A DNA stretch of 64,000 bases from an uncultured Lachnospiraceae bacterium. Lineage in GTDB: Bacteria > Bacillota > Clostridia > Lachnospirales > Lachnospiraceae. Shown here in pieces: positions 18,692 to 28,578 of the stretch (the stretch's first letter is position 1; every line of letters starts with the position of its first letter). A program made the translations under genes and the position numbers. The notes under the pieces are model-generated. The model saw only the letters and a list, made by a program, of their open reading frames with translations. It made no database searches and was not told where the DNA came from. Location of the stretch: NCBI GenBank assembly GCA_949948735.1, contig CATLGV010000015.1, forward strand, positions 17,025 through 81,024. The letters are read 5' to 3'.

Positions 18692-20506
18692 ATGAATGAC
18701 TATCGTTTTCAGGTGAATCTGGGCGGAATGATAGAGATTTTGTCGGACCATTTGTACAGCAGCCCCGATGTTTATATCCGGGAGCTGCTGCAAAACGGCG
18801 TGGATGCCATTACGGCAAGGAATGTCTGGGAGAAAGAGACATACGGGGAAACCTGCGATATGACGCAGGGAACGCTCGTCGTTGAAATCGAGGAGGGCAG
18901 CCGGCTTGTCTTTACGGATAACGGGCAGGGACTGACACAGGATGAGATTCACCAGTTCCTTGCGGTTATCGGGGAGTCCTCCAAGCGCAATCCCGGGGAC
19001 GGCAGGATCCGGACAGACTATATCGGACGGTTTGGCATCGGTCTTTTATCGTGCTTTATGGTATCGGATGAAATCCGGATGCGGACAAAATCCTGCAAGG
19101 GCGCTTCGCCTGTGCTGGAGTGGCAGGGAAAGCCGGACGGCACGTACACAATCAGGGAGCTTTCGCAGGCGCAGGGGGATGAGCTTGTGGGGACGCAGGT
19201 GTTTCTTGAAGCGAAGCCCGGCAGGGAGGTCTATTTTACGGAAAAGGTGGTCCGCAGGCTGTTGACCTATTACGGGATGCTGCTGCCGTTTCCCATCCTT
19301 GTCCGAAGCCACGGAAGGGAAGAGCAGCTTAATCCCATTTATCTGCCGTGGGAGGGGCGGAAGACCAATAAGCAGGAGCTGTTGCTCTTCGGACAGATGA
19401 TGTTCGAGGAGCAGTTTATGGACTGCGTTTTGCTGCGCAGCGAACAGGGGAATGTCTCCGGCGTGGCGTATATTGTAAAATATCCCGTGCTGCCATCGAC
19501 AAAGGGAAACCACCGCATTTATCTCAAAAACATGCTGTTGACGGAGAAGGGGGACAATCTGGTGCCGGACTGGGCCGTGTTTACCAAATGCATTATCAAT
19601 GCGACGGATTTGCGGCCGACAGCCTCCAGAGAGGGCTTTTATGTCGACGAGGTGCTGGAGGAGGCCAGAGAGGCGATTGAGGACGCGCTGATCGATTATA
19701 TTGCAGATATGGCGGAGAATAACAGAGAACTGTTTGACGCGTTTTTCCATATTCACCGCCTGACACTGATGTCGCTTGCGCTGGCGACGCCCAAGCTGTT
19801 CGGGCTGTTGGTTGATTACTGTGAGTTTGAGACGACGAGAGGGACACAGAGCGGATATGACCTGCGTTCCTGCGGGGAGCCGCTGGTCTATGCGCCCACA
19901 GAGGCGAAGTATAAACAGCTTTCCCAGCTCTTTTTTGCCACGGATAAGCTGCTGATCAACGTATCCTATGTCCATTCGCTGGAGCTGCTGGTCAGGCTGG
20001 GACAGGTCTATGACCTGGAGGTGCGGCCGGTGGACGACTGGAGTGTGGAGGATCTGATGCAGGATCTGACGCCGGACGACCAGGACGAGACCTTCGCGTT
20101 TTTAAAGGCGGCAGACAGGATATTAAAGGTCTACGACTGCAGGGCAGAGCTGAAATACTTTTCACCCTATAACCAGCCGACGTTTTATATGATGGACGAA
20201 AAGATTTTATTAAAGCGCCAGATTGCGGCGTCCCGCTCGCAGGCGGATTCGATGTTTTTCCAGATGCTGGATGCCTTTGCGGCGGAGATACCAAGCGATA
20301 CGGCGGCTGTCCTGTATTTCAACTATAATAATCCGCTGGTGAAAAAGCTGACGGCGGTGGAGGAGGAGACGGACTTGAAGCTGCTGATAGAGATTTTGTA
20401 TGTGCAGGCGTTACAAATCGGCGGATTTGTGCTGCACAACAACGAGCTGGGGCTGCTCAACCGCAATATTTTGACGCTGATGGAAAGGGGGCTTTCGGAT
20501 GATTGA
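18692..20506 (+). CDS. HSP90-family (HtpG-like, divergent) GHKL ATPase
   Basis: FQVNL..LY...RELLQNGVDA, DNGQG, IGRFGIGLLS, GTQV, LRPTASRE. Confidence 0.92.
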   Translation: MNDYRFQVNLGGMIEILSDHLYSSPDVYIRELLQNGVDAITARNVWEKETYGETCDMTQGTLVVEIEEGSRLVFTDNGQGLTQDEIHQFLAVIGESSKRNPGDGRIRTDYIGRFGIGLLSCFMVSDEIRMRTKSCKGASPVLEWQGKPDGTYTIRELSQAQGDELVGTQVFLEAKPGREVYFTEKVVRRLLTYYGMLLPFPILVRSHGREEQLNPIYLPWEGRKTNKQELLLFGQMMFEEQFMDCVLLRSEQGNVSGVAYIVKYPVLPSTKGNHRIYLKNMLLTEKGDNLVPDWAVFTKCIINATDLRPTASREGFYVDEVLEEAREAIEDALIDYIADMAENNRELFDAFFHIHRLTLMSLALATPKLFGLLVDYCEFETTRGTQSGYDLRSCGEPLVYAPTEAKYKQLSQLFFATDKLLINVSYVHSLELLVRLGQVYDLEVRPVDDWSVEDLMQDLTPDDQDETFAFLKAADRILKVYDCRAELKYFSPYNQPTFYMMDEKILLKRQIAASRSQADSMFFQMLDAFAAEIPSDTAAVLYFNYNNPLVKKLTAVEEETDLKLLIEILYVQALQIGGFVLHNNELGLLNRNILTLMERGLSDD

Positions 20507-21626
20507 GGAGAAGCTGGAGGCATTTTATGATCCGGAGGCGCTGCAGCAGGCTTATGACGATTTGGCGCACGGCAGGGCAAGGATGGAGGCGGTACGCAGC
20601 GCCATAGAGGCGGCGGACGCCCATGAGGATACGCCCTTTCGGATTTTCTTCCGACTGGAATTGTGTCTGGAATCGTGCTTTTACGGGGACAGCATGGATA
20701 TGCTGGTCGTGTTTCCGGAGGTGCTGGCGATTGCGGACCGTTATCCGGATACGCCGTCCACCTGCTTTGACGCGGGTTACACGGATGAGATGGACCATAT
20801 TTTGTGGGTATATAAATGGGTTTTGGACGCCTGCGGAAGCTATTATCAGATTCCGATGGCGGACTGCCTGAAATTTTTTGAGGACTTCAAAAGGCGCAGC
20901 CAGGCATACGGCTATAATCTCCGGGCCTATTATTATCTGCTTTATTTCTTCTATAAAAGAATCGATTCGGAAAAGGCGGAGGAGGCGTATTATGCCTTTG
21001 AAAGCCTCCCGCGGGACGGTAATTGCGACTGCAAGGCCTGCGAGCGCAACAGCGAGGTGAATTTCTGGTTGAATAAGGGACAGCCGGAGCGGGCGCGGGA
21101 GCTGGCGGAGGACATCGAGCATTTTACGCTGCGCTGCGGGCATGACAGACAGGCGGCATGGCTGCGGCTGAAGACGCATTATATGGAATACCATCTTCTG
21201 CGGAGGGAGTTTGAGGAGGCGGAGCAATACTGCCGTATTCTTGAGCGCCAGACGATGCAGGATACGGAGTTTCAATGCTGGGACAGCTTTTTATACTGCT
21301 ATGCTTACCGGAATATGGGAAAAGCGCTGCGGATTTATAAGGCGCACTGGAAGGACTGGCTGGAGGAAAGAGATCCCTCTGAGATTTTTTCCAACAGCAA
21401 AAATATCGCATTGTTTTTTAAAAAGCTCCTGGAGGAGCGAAAGACAAATACAATCAAGCTTTCTCTTGATTCTGCGTTTCCGCTGTATCGGGAGGACGGG
21501 CAGTACAAAATCGCGGAGCTGTATCAGTATTATGATAGCCGGGCGAAGGAAACGGCGCAGCGATTCGACCAGAGAAACGGCACGGATTTTTATCAGAGGG
21601 AGCTTGCTGCAGCGTTGGAGCAGTAA
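20499..21626 (+). CDS. Helical TPR-like protein with RD..CDCxACE motif, coupled to the Hsp90-like gene
   Basis: 8-bp overlap with the upstream gene; all-helical pattern; PRDGNCDCKACE. Confidence 0.75.
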   Translation: MIEEKLEAFYDPEALQQAYDDLAHGRARMEAVRSAIEAADAHEDTPFRIFFRLELCLESCFYGDSMDMLVVFPEVLAIADRYPDTPSTCFDAGYTDEMDHILWVYKWVLDACGSYYQIPMADCLKFFEDFKRRSQAYGYNLRAYYYLLYFFYKRIDSEKAEEAYYAFESLPRDGNCDCKACERNSEVNFWLNKGQPERARELAEDIEHFTLRCGHDRQAAWLRLKTHYMEYHLLRREFEEAEQYCRILERQTMQDTEFQCWDSFLYCYAYRNMGKALRIYKAHWKDWLEERDPSEIFSNSKNIALFFKKLLEERKTNTIKLSLDSAFPLYREDGQYKIAELYQYYDSRAKETAQRFDQRNGTDFYQRELAAALEQ

Positions 21627-21640
21627 GGCATGAAAGGGGC

Positions 21641-23128
21641 ATGGCTGTAAAAATGAGAAGAGAGGAAGCAGGAGGCCTGTACGGCAGGCGTATACGCCGG
21701 ATGTTTGCCGCAGCGGCGGCATCGGCGCTTTTAACGGGCTGCGGGATGACGGCGGTGAAAAGTCCGGAAGCGCTGTCGGGGAGCATGGGAAAAGGCTATG
21801 ACAGCTATGATACATGGGAGGCGGAATGCGCGCAGATAGAAGCTGCCAGACAGGAGCTGCTTCGGGAACAGGAGGAGCTGGCGGCGTTCAGGGAACGGAT
21901 GCCTGCCATGAATCCGGCGCTTCCGGACAGTGGAGCCGCGCCTGCCGATTTCGCACCGGCAGGATGGGAATTAAAGGACTGCGCGGAGCTGGACTTTAAC
22001 GAAGACGGCGTTACGGATTATGTCGGAGTGCTGCAGGTAGTGCGGGAAGCAGGATACGAGGGCGAGTATTGGCAGTATCCGCGTATTTTATTTGGCGTGG
22101 CAAGCAGCGCGGACGGCGGCTATACGCTGTCTTTTCAGGACGTGAACCTGATACGGACGGCCAACGAAGGCGGCGTGTTCGGGGATCCGTATCTGCCGCT
22201 TGAGGCGGAGGGCACTTCTTTTAGTACCTTCAGCTATGGGGGAAGCGCATGGAAATGGGCAGAGGTATTCACCTATACCTATAAATCGGGAACATGGTAT
22301 CTGACGCAGTCGGAGACGTGGTACGGATATGGCGGATATACTACTTCGTATGAGGCAGACGACTGGGAAAAGGGCGTCGGGCTCCGAAAGCAGCGAAGCT
22401 CCGAATGGGCAGATATGGAGGCGGCGTGGGAGAGCTGGGAAAACATGGATGAGGAAACGGAGCCGCCCTATGACATTATCTATGAAATTTCGCTGGACGA
22501 GGCGCCGACGCTTGAGCAGGCGGGGATGCGCTGGTGGCTTGCATCGGATCGGATAACGGACTGGACGGTAAGCGCGATTGTGCCGACTGAGGGGGTGTCG
22601 GTTCCGGCGGATAAGATAAAGCTCCCGGAGGACGCCTACATTCGGGAAAATGATGAGAACGGCGGCCTATATACGTTCTCCGATGAAGATACCGGAAAAT
22701 ATTATCTGGCGCTGTACCGCTGGCAGGACAGGGAGCTGCGTATTCTGTGTGAATCGGAGACCGGGATAGATGATTTGACGATTTACAGGGATAAAATCTA
22801 TTATACGACAGAGATTATAGAAGAAGTCGCTTATAAGACCGTGCGGGACGGCGTGGAGCGCACAGAGCAGGGGCCGGATGCGGTCGGGATTGTGCTGCAT
22901 CGGATGAATACGGACGGAACCGGCACAGAGACCGTGTTTGAATACCGTTATCCGGGCGCGGACGAGGAGCTTATGGAGGGAGCGCCACCTTACATGGCGC
23001 TTATTTATGAGATAAGCGGCGGGGAGATTGTGGCAGAGGTCTATATCGGAGACGGGCCGCATCCGTTTTACCGGATGAATATAGACGGAAGCAGGCTGCG
23101 TCGAATCGGGCAGATACCAAAGGAGTAA
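21641..23128 (+). CDS. Putative lipoprotein (acidic, Ca-binding-like loop, C-terminal propeller-like repeats)
   Basis: Lipobox LLTGC; LDFNEDGVTDY; HRMNTDGT and YRMNIDGS repeats. Confidence 0.75.
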   Translation: MAVKMRREEAGGLYGRRIRRMFAAAAASALLTGCGMTAVKSPEALSGSMGKGYDSYDTWEAECAQIEAARQELLREQEELAAFRERMPAMNPALPDSGAAPADFAPAGWELKDCAELDFNEDGVTDYVGVLQVVREAGYEGEYWQYPRILFGVASSADGGYTLSFQDVNLIRTANEGGVFGDPYLPLEAEGTSFSTFSYGGSAWKWAEVFTYTYKSGTWYLTQSETWYGYGGYTTSYEADDWEKGVGLRKQRSSEWADMEAAWESWENMDEETEPPYDIIYEISLDEAPTLEQAGMRWWLASDRITDWTVSAIVPTEGVSVPADKIKLPEDAYIRENDENGGLYTFSDEDTGKYYLALYRWQDRELRILCESETGIDDLTIYRDKIYYTTEIIEEVAYKTVRDGVERTEQGPDAVGIVLHRMNTDGTGTETVFEYRYPGADEELMEGAPPYMALIYEISGGEIVAEVYIGDGPHPFYRMNIDGSRLRRIGQIPKE

Positions 23129-23134
23129 AAAGAG

Positions 23135-24526
23135 ATGAGAAAAGAAAAAAACAGAAATTCGTTTTCCGGGTCGCTTGGTTTTGTGCTGACGGCGGCGGGA
23201 AGCGCGGTCGGACTTGGCAATATCTGGCGGTTTCCGTATCTTGCGGCAAAGGACGGAGGGGGCCTTTATCTGGTAGTTTACCTGATATTGGCGTTTACCT
23301 TTGGGTTTGCGCTGCTGACGACGGAGATTGCGATTGGGAGAAAGACAAAGCAGAGCCCGTTGACCGCATACGGGAAATTAAAGCGCGGCTGGGGCGGGCT
23401 TGGCGTGATTGCCAGCCTGGTTCCGGTGATTATCATGCCTTATTACTGCGTAATCGGCGGGTGGGTCGTAAAATATTTTCTTGCGTACCTGACAGGGGAC
23501 GGTACGGCCGCGGCGGCCGACGGCTATTTTACAGGATATATTACCAGGGAAGGACAGCCGGTTCTGCTTATGGCGGTCTTCCTGTTCGCGGTGGCCTTTG
23601 TAATCTTTCGGGGGGTAAACAAGGGCATTGAAGCCTTTTCGAAGGTATTGATGCCGTTATTGCTGCTGCTGGTGGTAGGAATCGCGGTTTTCTCGCTGAC
23701 GATTCGCCATGAAGACGCAACGGGCACAGTCAGAACCGGAATGGAGGGCTTTCGCATTTATGTGATTCCCAATCTGGAAGGAATGACGGTAGAAAAATTT
23801 TTAAACGTGCTGCTGGACGCCATGGGACAGCTGTTTTTCAGTCTCAGCGTCGCGATGGGGATTATGGTCGCATACGGCTCCTATGTCCGTGACGACGCGA
23901 ATTTGGTGCGTTCCATCAATCAGATTGAAATATTTGACACGGCTGTCGCTTTCCTGGCAGGCGTTATGATTATTCCCGCGGTATATACCTTTATGGGAAG
24001 AGAAGGCATGGAGGCGTCAGGGCCGAGCCTGATGTTTGTCTCGCTGCCAAAGGTCTTTGCGTCCATGGGGAAAATCGGGAATCTGTTCGGCTGTCTTTTT
24101 TTTGCGATGGTACTGTTCGCGGCGCTGACAAGTGCGGTGTCCGTCATGGAGGCGGTGGTTTCCAGCCTGATGGACAGATTCCGCATGTCGCGGCGGCGGG
24201 CGGCCGCGGTGGAGACGGTGGTTGCGCTTATCGGCGGCATTGTGGTATGCTTTGGATATAACAGGCTGTATTTTGACGTGAAGCTGCCCAACGGGGCAAA
24301 CGCACAGATATTGGATATTATGGATTATATCAGCAACAACTGTCTGATGCCGGTGGTGGCAATCGGTACCTGCGTGCTGATCGGATGGATTGTCAAGCCG
24401 TCGGTTATCATTGACGAGGTGGAGAAATCCGGCTGCAAATTTGGCAGAAAGAAGCTGTACGTCGTGATGATACGGTATATCGCGCCGGTGCTACTGGCGA
24501 TTTTGCTGTTGAAATCGTTTATATAA
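23135..24526 (+). CDS. Sodium-dependent transporter (SNF/NSS family)
   Basis: AAGSAVGLGNIWRFPY, GQLFFSLS, multiple TM helices. Confidence 0.95.
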   Translation: MRKEKNRNSFSGSLGFVLTAAGSAVGLGNIWRFPYLAAKDGGGLYLVVYLILAFTFGFALLTTEIAIGRKTKQSPLTAYGKLKRGWGGLGVIASLVPVIIMPYYCVIGGWVVKYFLAYLTGDGTAAAADGYFTGYITREGQPVLLMAVFLFAVAFVIFRGVNKGIEAFSKVLMPLLLLLVVGIAVFSLTIRHEDATGTVRTGMEGFRIYVIPNLEGMTVEKFLNVLLDAMGQLFFSLSVAMGIMVAYGSYVRDDANLVRSINQIEIFDTAVAFLAGVMIIPAVYTFMGREGMEASGPSLMFVSLPKVFASMGKIGNLFGCLFFAMVLFAALTSAVSVMEAVVSSLMDRFRMSRRRAAAVETVVALIGGIVVCFGYNRLYFDVKLPNGANAQILDIMDYISNNCLMPVVAIGTCVLIGWIVKPSVIIDEVEKSGCKFGRKKLYVVMIRYIAPVLLAILLLKSFI

Positions 24527-24628
24527 ATCTGTCGTGCCGCCCGGGTATGACCAGTCAAGAAACCGCTATCTTAAATGCGCAAGTTGTGATAAAATAAAAG
24601 AAACAAATTACAGAAGGGAGGCGGCACT

Positions 24629-25936
24629 ATGAGAATGTATGATTTAATAATGAAAAAGCGCAACGGGGCAGCTCTGACGGAGGAAGAGCTTCAATTTATG
24701 ATAAAGGGCTACACCGCCGGTGAGATTCCGGACTATCAGATGTCGGCGATGATGATGGCGATTTATTTTCGGGGAATGAACGAGGCGGAGACGCTTGCCC
24801 TGACGATGGCAATGGCAAAAAGCGGGGATATGCTTGATCTGAGCGATATTCACGGAATAAAGGTTGACAAGCATTCGACGGGAGGCGTCGGCGATAAGAC
24901 CTCTCTTGCGCTGATTCCGATGGTTGCGGCACTGGGGATTCCGGCGGCAAAGATGAGCGGGCGCGGGCTGGGTCATACCGGCGGCACCATTGATAAGCTG
25001 GAAAGCTTTGCAGGCTTTACGACAGGGATTTCGGAGGCGCAGTTTAAGGACAATGTCAACAGAATCGGTATCGCGATTATGGGGCAGACGGCGGATCTGG
25101 CGCCGGCGGACAAGAAGCTTTACGCCTTGCGGGACGTGACCGCAACAGTTGACAATATGTCGCTGATCGCTTCCTCAATTATGAGCAAGAAGCTTGCCGC
25201 GGGGGCGGATGCGATTGTGCTCGATGTGAAGACCGGCAGCGGTGCGTTTATGAAAACAGAGGAGGATTCCTTTGTGCTTGCCAGAGAAATGGTAAAAATC
25301 GGGAACAGCGCCGGAAGAAAGACGATTGCGGTGATTTCCGATATGGATCAGCCGCTTGGCTATGCGGTCGGCAATGCGCTGGAGGTGCGGGAGGCGATCG
25401 ATACCCTCAACGGAAACGGGCCGGCGGATTTTGTGGAGCTTTGCCTGACGCTTGGCTCCTATATGGCCGTTGCCGGGGAAAAAGCGCAGACGGTGGAGCA
25501 GGCCCGCGCCCTTCTGGAGGAATGCATTGCGAACAAAAGCGCGCTGAATAAGCTGGCGGACTTTATCGAGGCGCAGGGCGGAGACCGGGAATGGGTATAT
25601 CATCCCGAAAAGCTGCCGTCTGCGTCCATCGCAGAGGAAGTAGAAGCGCCGGCGTCCGGCGTTGTCCGTCGAATCGTGTGCGACGAGATCGGGATGGTTT
25701 CTTTGATTCTCGGCGGCGGGCGCGAGACAAAGGAAAGTGAAATCGACCTGTCGGTGGGGCTGGTCTTACATAAGAAGGTCGGCGACGCCGTGAAAAAGGG
25801 CGAATCGCTGGCAACTATTTATGCGAATGACCGTGAGAAGCTGGCGGCCGCAAGACAGCGTTTTCTCGGGGCGTATACCATAGCGGACGAGGCTGTTGTA
25901 AAAAAGCCGCTCATCAAGGGAATAGTGCGTGAATAA
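24629..25936 (+). CDS. pdp: Pyrimidine-nucleoside phosphorylase
   Basis: [38 protein letters not shown]. Confidence 0.97.
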   Translation: MRMYDLIMKKRNGAALTEEELQFMIKGYTAGEIPDYQMSAMMMAIYFRGMNEAETLALTMAMAKSGDMLDLSDIHGIKVDKHSTGGVGDKTSLALIPMVAALGIPAAKMSGRGLGHTGGTIDKLESFAGFTTGISEAQFKDNVNRIGIAIMGQTADLAPADKKLYALRDVTATVDNMSLIASSIMSKKLAAGADAIVLDVKTGSGAFMKTEEDSFVLAREMVKIGNSAGRKTIAVISDMDQPLGYAVGNALEVREAIDTLNGNGPADFVELCLTLGSYMAVAGEKAQTVEQARALLEECIANKSALNKLADFIEAQGGDREWVYHPEKLPSASIAEEVEAPASGVVRRIVCDEIGMVSLILGGGRETKESEIDLSVGLVLHKKVGDAVKKGESLATIYANDREKLAAARQRFLGAYTIADEAVVKKPLIKGIVRE

Positions 25937-25948
25937 AAGACATAAAAT
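25920..25948 (+). promoter_or_regulatory. Putative sigma-E promoter of yqfCD
   Basis: GAATAGT-14 bp-CATAAAAT fits the sigma-E consensus; yqfC/yqfD belong to the sigma-E regulon in B. subtilis. Confidence 0.55.
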
Positions 25949-25980
25949 GAAGTATAGAAAACCTATACTTCATTTTTTAT
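25942..25980 (+). terminator. Intrinsic terminator after pdp
   Basis: ATAAAATGAAGTATAG-aaaac-CTATACTTCATTTTTTAT. Confidence 0.8.
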
Positions 25981-25989
25981 GGTGCCGAT

Positions 25990-26292
25990 ATGACGAAAAG
26001 GGAAAGCTTCAAGCAGGACATAATGAGTGCGGGCGAACGGTTTGCGGATAACTTCTCTCTGCCCAAGGACGTGGTAATCAACGCGACGCTCCTTCATTTG
26101 GTGGGAAAATCAGATGTTTTCGTGGAGAATTTCAAGGGCATCATTTCCTATACCTGTAATGAAATACTGATAAAAGGGCATGGAATAAAGTTCTGTATCA
26201 GCGGCGAACGGCTGCTGATCGAATATTACTCCGAGGAGGATATGAAAATATCGGGACGCATTAAGGAAGTAAAGATAATAAGCGAAGCATGA
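25990..26292 (+). CDS. yqfC: YabP/YqfC family sporulation protein
   Basis: LPKDVV, VENFKGIISY, ISGRIKEV; upstream of yqfD. Confidence 0.85.
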   Translation: MTKRESFKQDIMSAGERFADNFSLPKDVVINATLLHLVGKSDVFVENFKGIISYTCNEILIKGHGIKFCISGERLLIEYYSEEDMKISGRIKEVKIISEA

Positions 26293-26293
26293 G

Positions 26294-27550
26294 GTGAGGC
26301 TCTTGCAAAATAAATGGATGCATTTCGTCGAGGGCTGTCTTGTGGTACGGTTTGGCGGCGATTACCTGGAACGTTTCTTCAATATGTGCAGAATGCACAA
26401 TATCTATTTATGGGACATAACGCGCAAAGAGGACTGCTGCTCCTGCAAGCTGCATGCGTCCGACTTTTCAAAGCTGCCGCCTTTGCTGAGAAAGACGGGA
26501 ACCAAAGCAAGGGTTCTGGAAAAACACGGACTGCCTTTTTATATTCCTTTTATGAGAAAAAGGATTATTTTTTTTATAGGGGTATTCGCCTGCATGGCAA
26601 TGCTCAATGTGGCTACGGACTATATATGGGCGATAGAATACGTCGGAAATCTGCAGATCAGCGACGACGAGCTGACGGATTTTGTGAGAAGTCAGAATAT
26701 ACATTACGGAATGAGGAAGTCCCAGCTGGACTGTGAGGAGAAGGAGAAACGCCTGCGGGAGGCTTTTCCTACCGTGACATGGACGTCTATTTATTTTGAA
26801 GGGACAAAGCTGTATATCGAGGTCAAAGAAAATGAAAAAACGGAGCCAACGGTTATCGAGACGAAGGGAACAGATATTGTGGCGACGGACGATGGCGTTA
26901 TCGTTTCCATTATTACAAGAAACGGCGTTCCGACAGTAAAAGCGGGGGATACCGTAGAACAGGGACAGGTACTCGTTGAGGGGCGTGTTCCTGTTTATGA
27001 CGAGAGCCAGAGCATCATTGATTATCAGATATACGACGCGGACGCGGATATACAAATACAGACCCTGGTCAGCTACTGCGACAAAATAGCCGGGAATTAT
27101 CCCGTTAAGTATTATACCGGCGCCGATGTGCATACGCACTTTATCGAGCTGCCCGGCTATCACCTTGACGGGCTGTTTCTCCATAATCTGTTCCGGGGCA
27201 GCCAGACCCTGAGCTGCGAAACGGTCACGCAAAAGCATCAGCTGGTTCTGCTCGACAACATTTATCTTCCGATATATTATGGTGAAATTGACAGAAAAGA
27301 ATATTATCTGCAGTATCTTGCGTATACACCGGAGGAGATGAAAAATAAGTTGACAGATAATTTTGAGAAATATATTTTATCTTTAAGTGAAAAGGGGGTA
27401 CAAATTGTTGAAAAAAATGTTAAAATAGTACAGAATAGAGATAATATGGAAATGCAGGGAGAAATTCTTGTTGTCAAGCCCACCGGAAAATCCGTCGATA
27501 TTCCGGTGCAGGAGGCGGACAGCATAACAGACGCAGAGGCAGGGGAGTAA
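26294..27550 (+). CDS. yqfD: Stage IV sporulation protein YqfD
   Basis: ERFFNMC, GLPF, TM helix, DIVA..DGVI...VKAGDTVEQGQVLV; yqfC-yqfD-phoH synteny. Confidence 0.88.
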   Translation: MRLLQNKWMHFVEGCLVVRFGGDYLERFFNMCRMHNIYLWDITRKEDCCSCKLHASDFSKLPPLLRKTGTKARVLEKHGLPFYIPFMRKRIIFFIGVFACMAMLNVATDYIWAIEYVGNLQISDDELTDFVRSQNIHYGMRKSQLDCEEKEKRLREAFPTVTWTSIYFEGTKLYIEVKENEKTEPTVIETKGTDIVATDDGVIVSIITRNGVPTVKAGDTVEQGQVLVEGRVPVYDESQSIIDYQIYDADADIQIQTLVSYCDKIAGNYPVKYYTGADVHTHFIELPGYHLDGLFLHNLFRGSQTLSCETVTQKHQLVLLDNIYLPIYYGEIDRKEYYLQYLAYTPEEMKNKLTDNFEKYILSLSEKGVQIVEKNVKIVQNRDNMEMQGEILVVKPTGKSVDIPVQEADSITDAEAGE

Positions 27551-27552
27551 AG

Positions 27553-28569
27553 TTGGGAGATTTTCAGGTTAGCATACAGATAGCGGCGCAGCATATGCAG
27601 AATATTTTCGGGAGCAATGACGCGTATATCCGGCAGATAGAAGAGGACTTAAAGGTTATTATTACGGACCGCAACGGAGAGGTGCGGATTTCCGGCGAGC
27701 AGGAAGCCGTAAATAAGGCGGCCAGGCTGATTCGGGAGCTGATAGAGCTTTCCAGACGTGGGACGACGATACAGGAGCAGAATGTGTCCTACGGCCTTGA
27801 GCTGTCAAGGGAGAATGACGCGGAGGCGCTCCTGGAAATCGACGCGGACTGCATCTGCCATACGGTTTCGGGAAAGCCGATTAAGCCCAAGACAAAAGGG
27901 CAGAAACAGTATATTGACGCAATCCGTGAAAAAATGATTGTGTTTGGCCTTGGGCCCGCCGGTACCGGCAAGACCTATCTTGCGATGGCAATGGCGATTA
28001 CGGCCTTTAAAAACCATGAGGTAGAGCGGATTATTCTGACAAGGCCCGCGATAGAAGCAGGAGAGAAGCTCGGCTTTTTGCCGGGGGATCTGCAGAGCAA
28101 GGTGGATCCGTATCTGAGGCCGCTTTATGATGCGCTGTATCAGATCATGGGGGCCGAGGGCTTTCAGAAGAACATGGAAAAGGGCCTGATAGAGGTTGCT
28201 CCGCTTGCTTATATGCGCGGGCGGACGCTTGACAATGCCTATATTATTCTCGACGAGGCGCAGAACACGACGCCGGCGCAGATGAAAATGTTTCTGACGC
28301 GTATCGGCTTTGGCTCGAAGGTTATTATTACCGGCGACGCTTCGCAGAAGGACCTGGCCGCCGGCGTTCTCTCGGGACTGGACATTGCAGAGCGGGTTCT
28401 GGCTAAAATCAGCGATATTGCGTTTATCCGGCTGACAAGCCGTGACGTTGTCAGACATCCGCTGGTACAGAAAATAGTCAAGGCATACGAGGACTACGAG
28501 AGCAAAAATAATGACACTCATGTCAAGTCTTCGCGCAAAAGCGCTTCCTCCTTCAGAAAGTCAAAGTAG
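27553..28569 (+). CDS. phoH: PhoH family ATPase
   Basis: GPAGTGKT, GEKLGFLPGD, YMRGRTL, DEAQN. Confidence 0.96.
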   Translation: MGDFQVSIQIAAQHMQNIFGSNDAYIRQIEEDLKVIITDRNGEVRISGEQEAVNKAARLIRELIELSRRGTTIQEQNVSYGLELSRENDAEALLEIDADCICHTVSGKPIKPKTKGQKQYIDAIREKMIVFGLGPAGTGKTYLAMAMAITAFKNHEVERIILTRPAIEAGEKLGFLPGDLQSKVDPYLRPLYDALYQIMGAEGFQKNMEKGLIEVAPLAYMRGRTLDNAYIILDEAQNTTPAQMKMFLTRIGFGSKVIITGDASQKDLAAGVLSGLDIAERVLAKISDIAFIRLTSRDVVRHPLVQKIVKAYEDYESKNNDTHVKSSRKSASSFRKSK

Positions 28570-28578
28570 GGTATACAA

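Larger units (their letters stand above)
7624..23130. other. Accessory gene array / variable island downstream of rlmH (right boundary uncertain)
   Basis: Run of small unrelated genes and gene fragments starting at the rlmH stop; left part visibly AT-richer than flanks; no integrase or att repeat seen. Confidence 0.6.

Noticed and set aside
7600-24600. SCC-like element with a direct repeat of the rlmH 3' end (GAGCCGTATCATAAGTAA)
   Set aside because: No second copy found by eye downstream and no serine or tyrosine recombinase in the window
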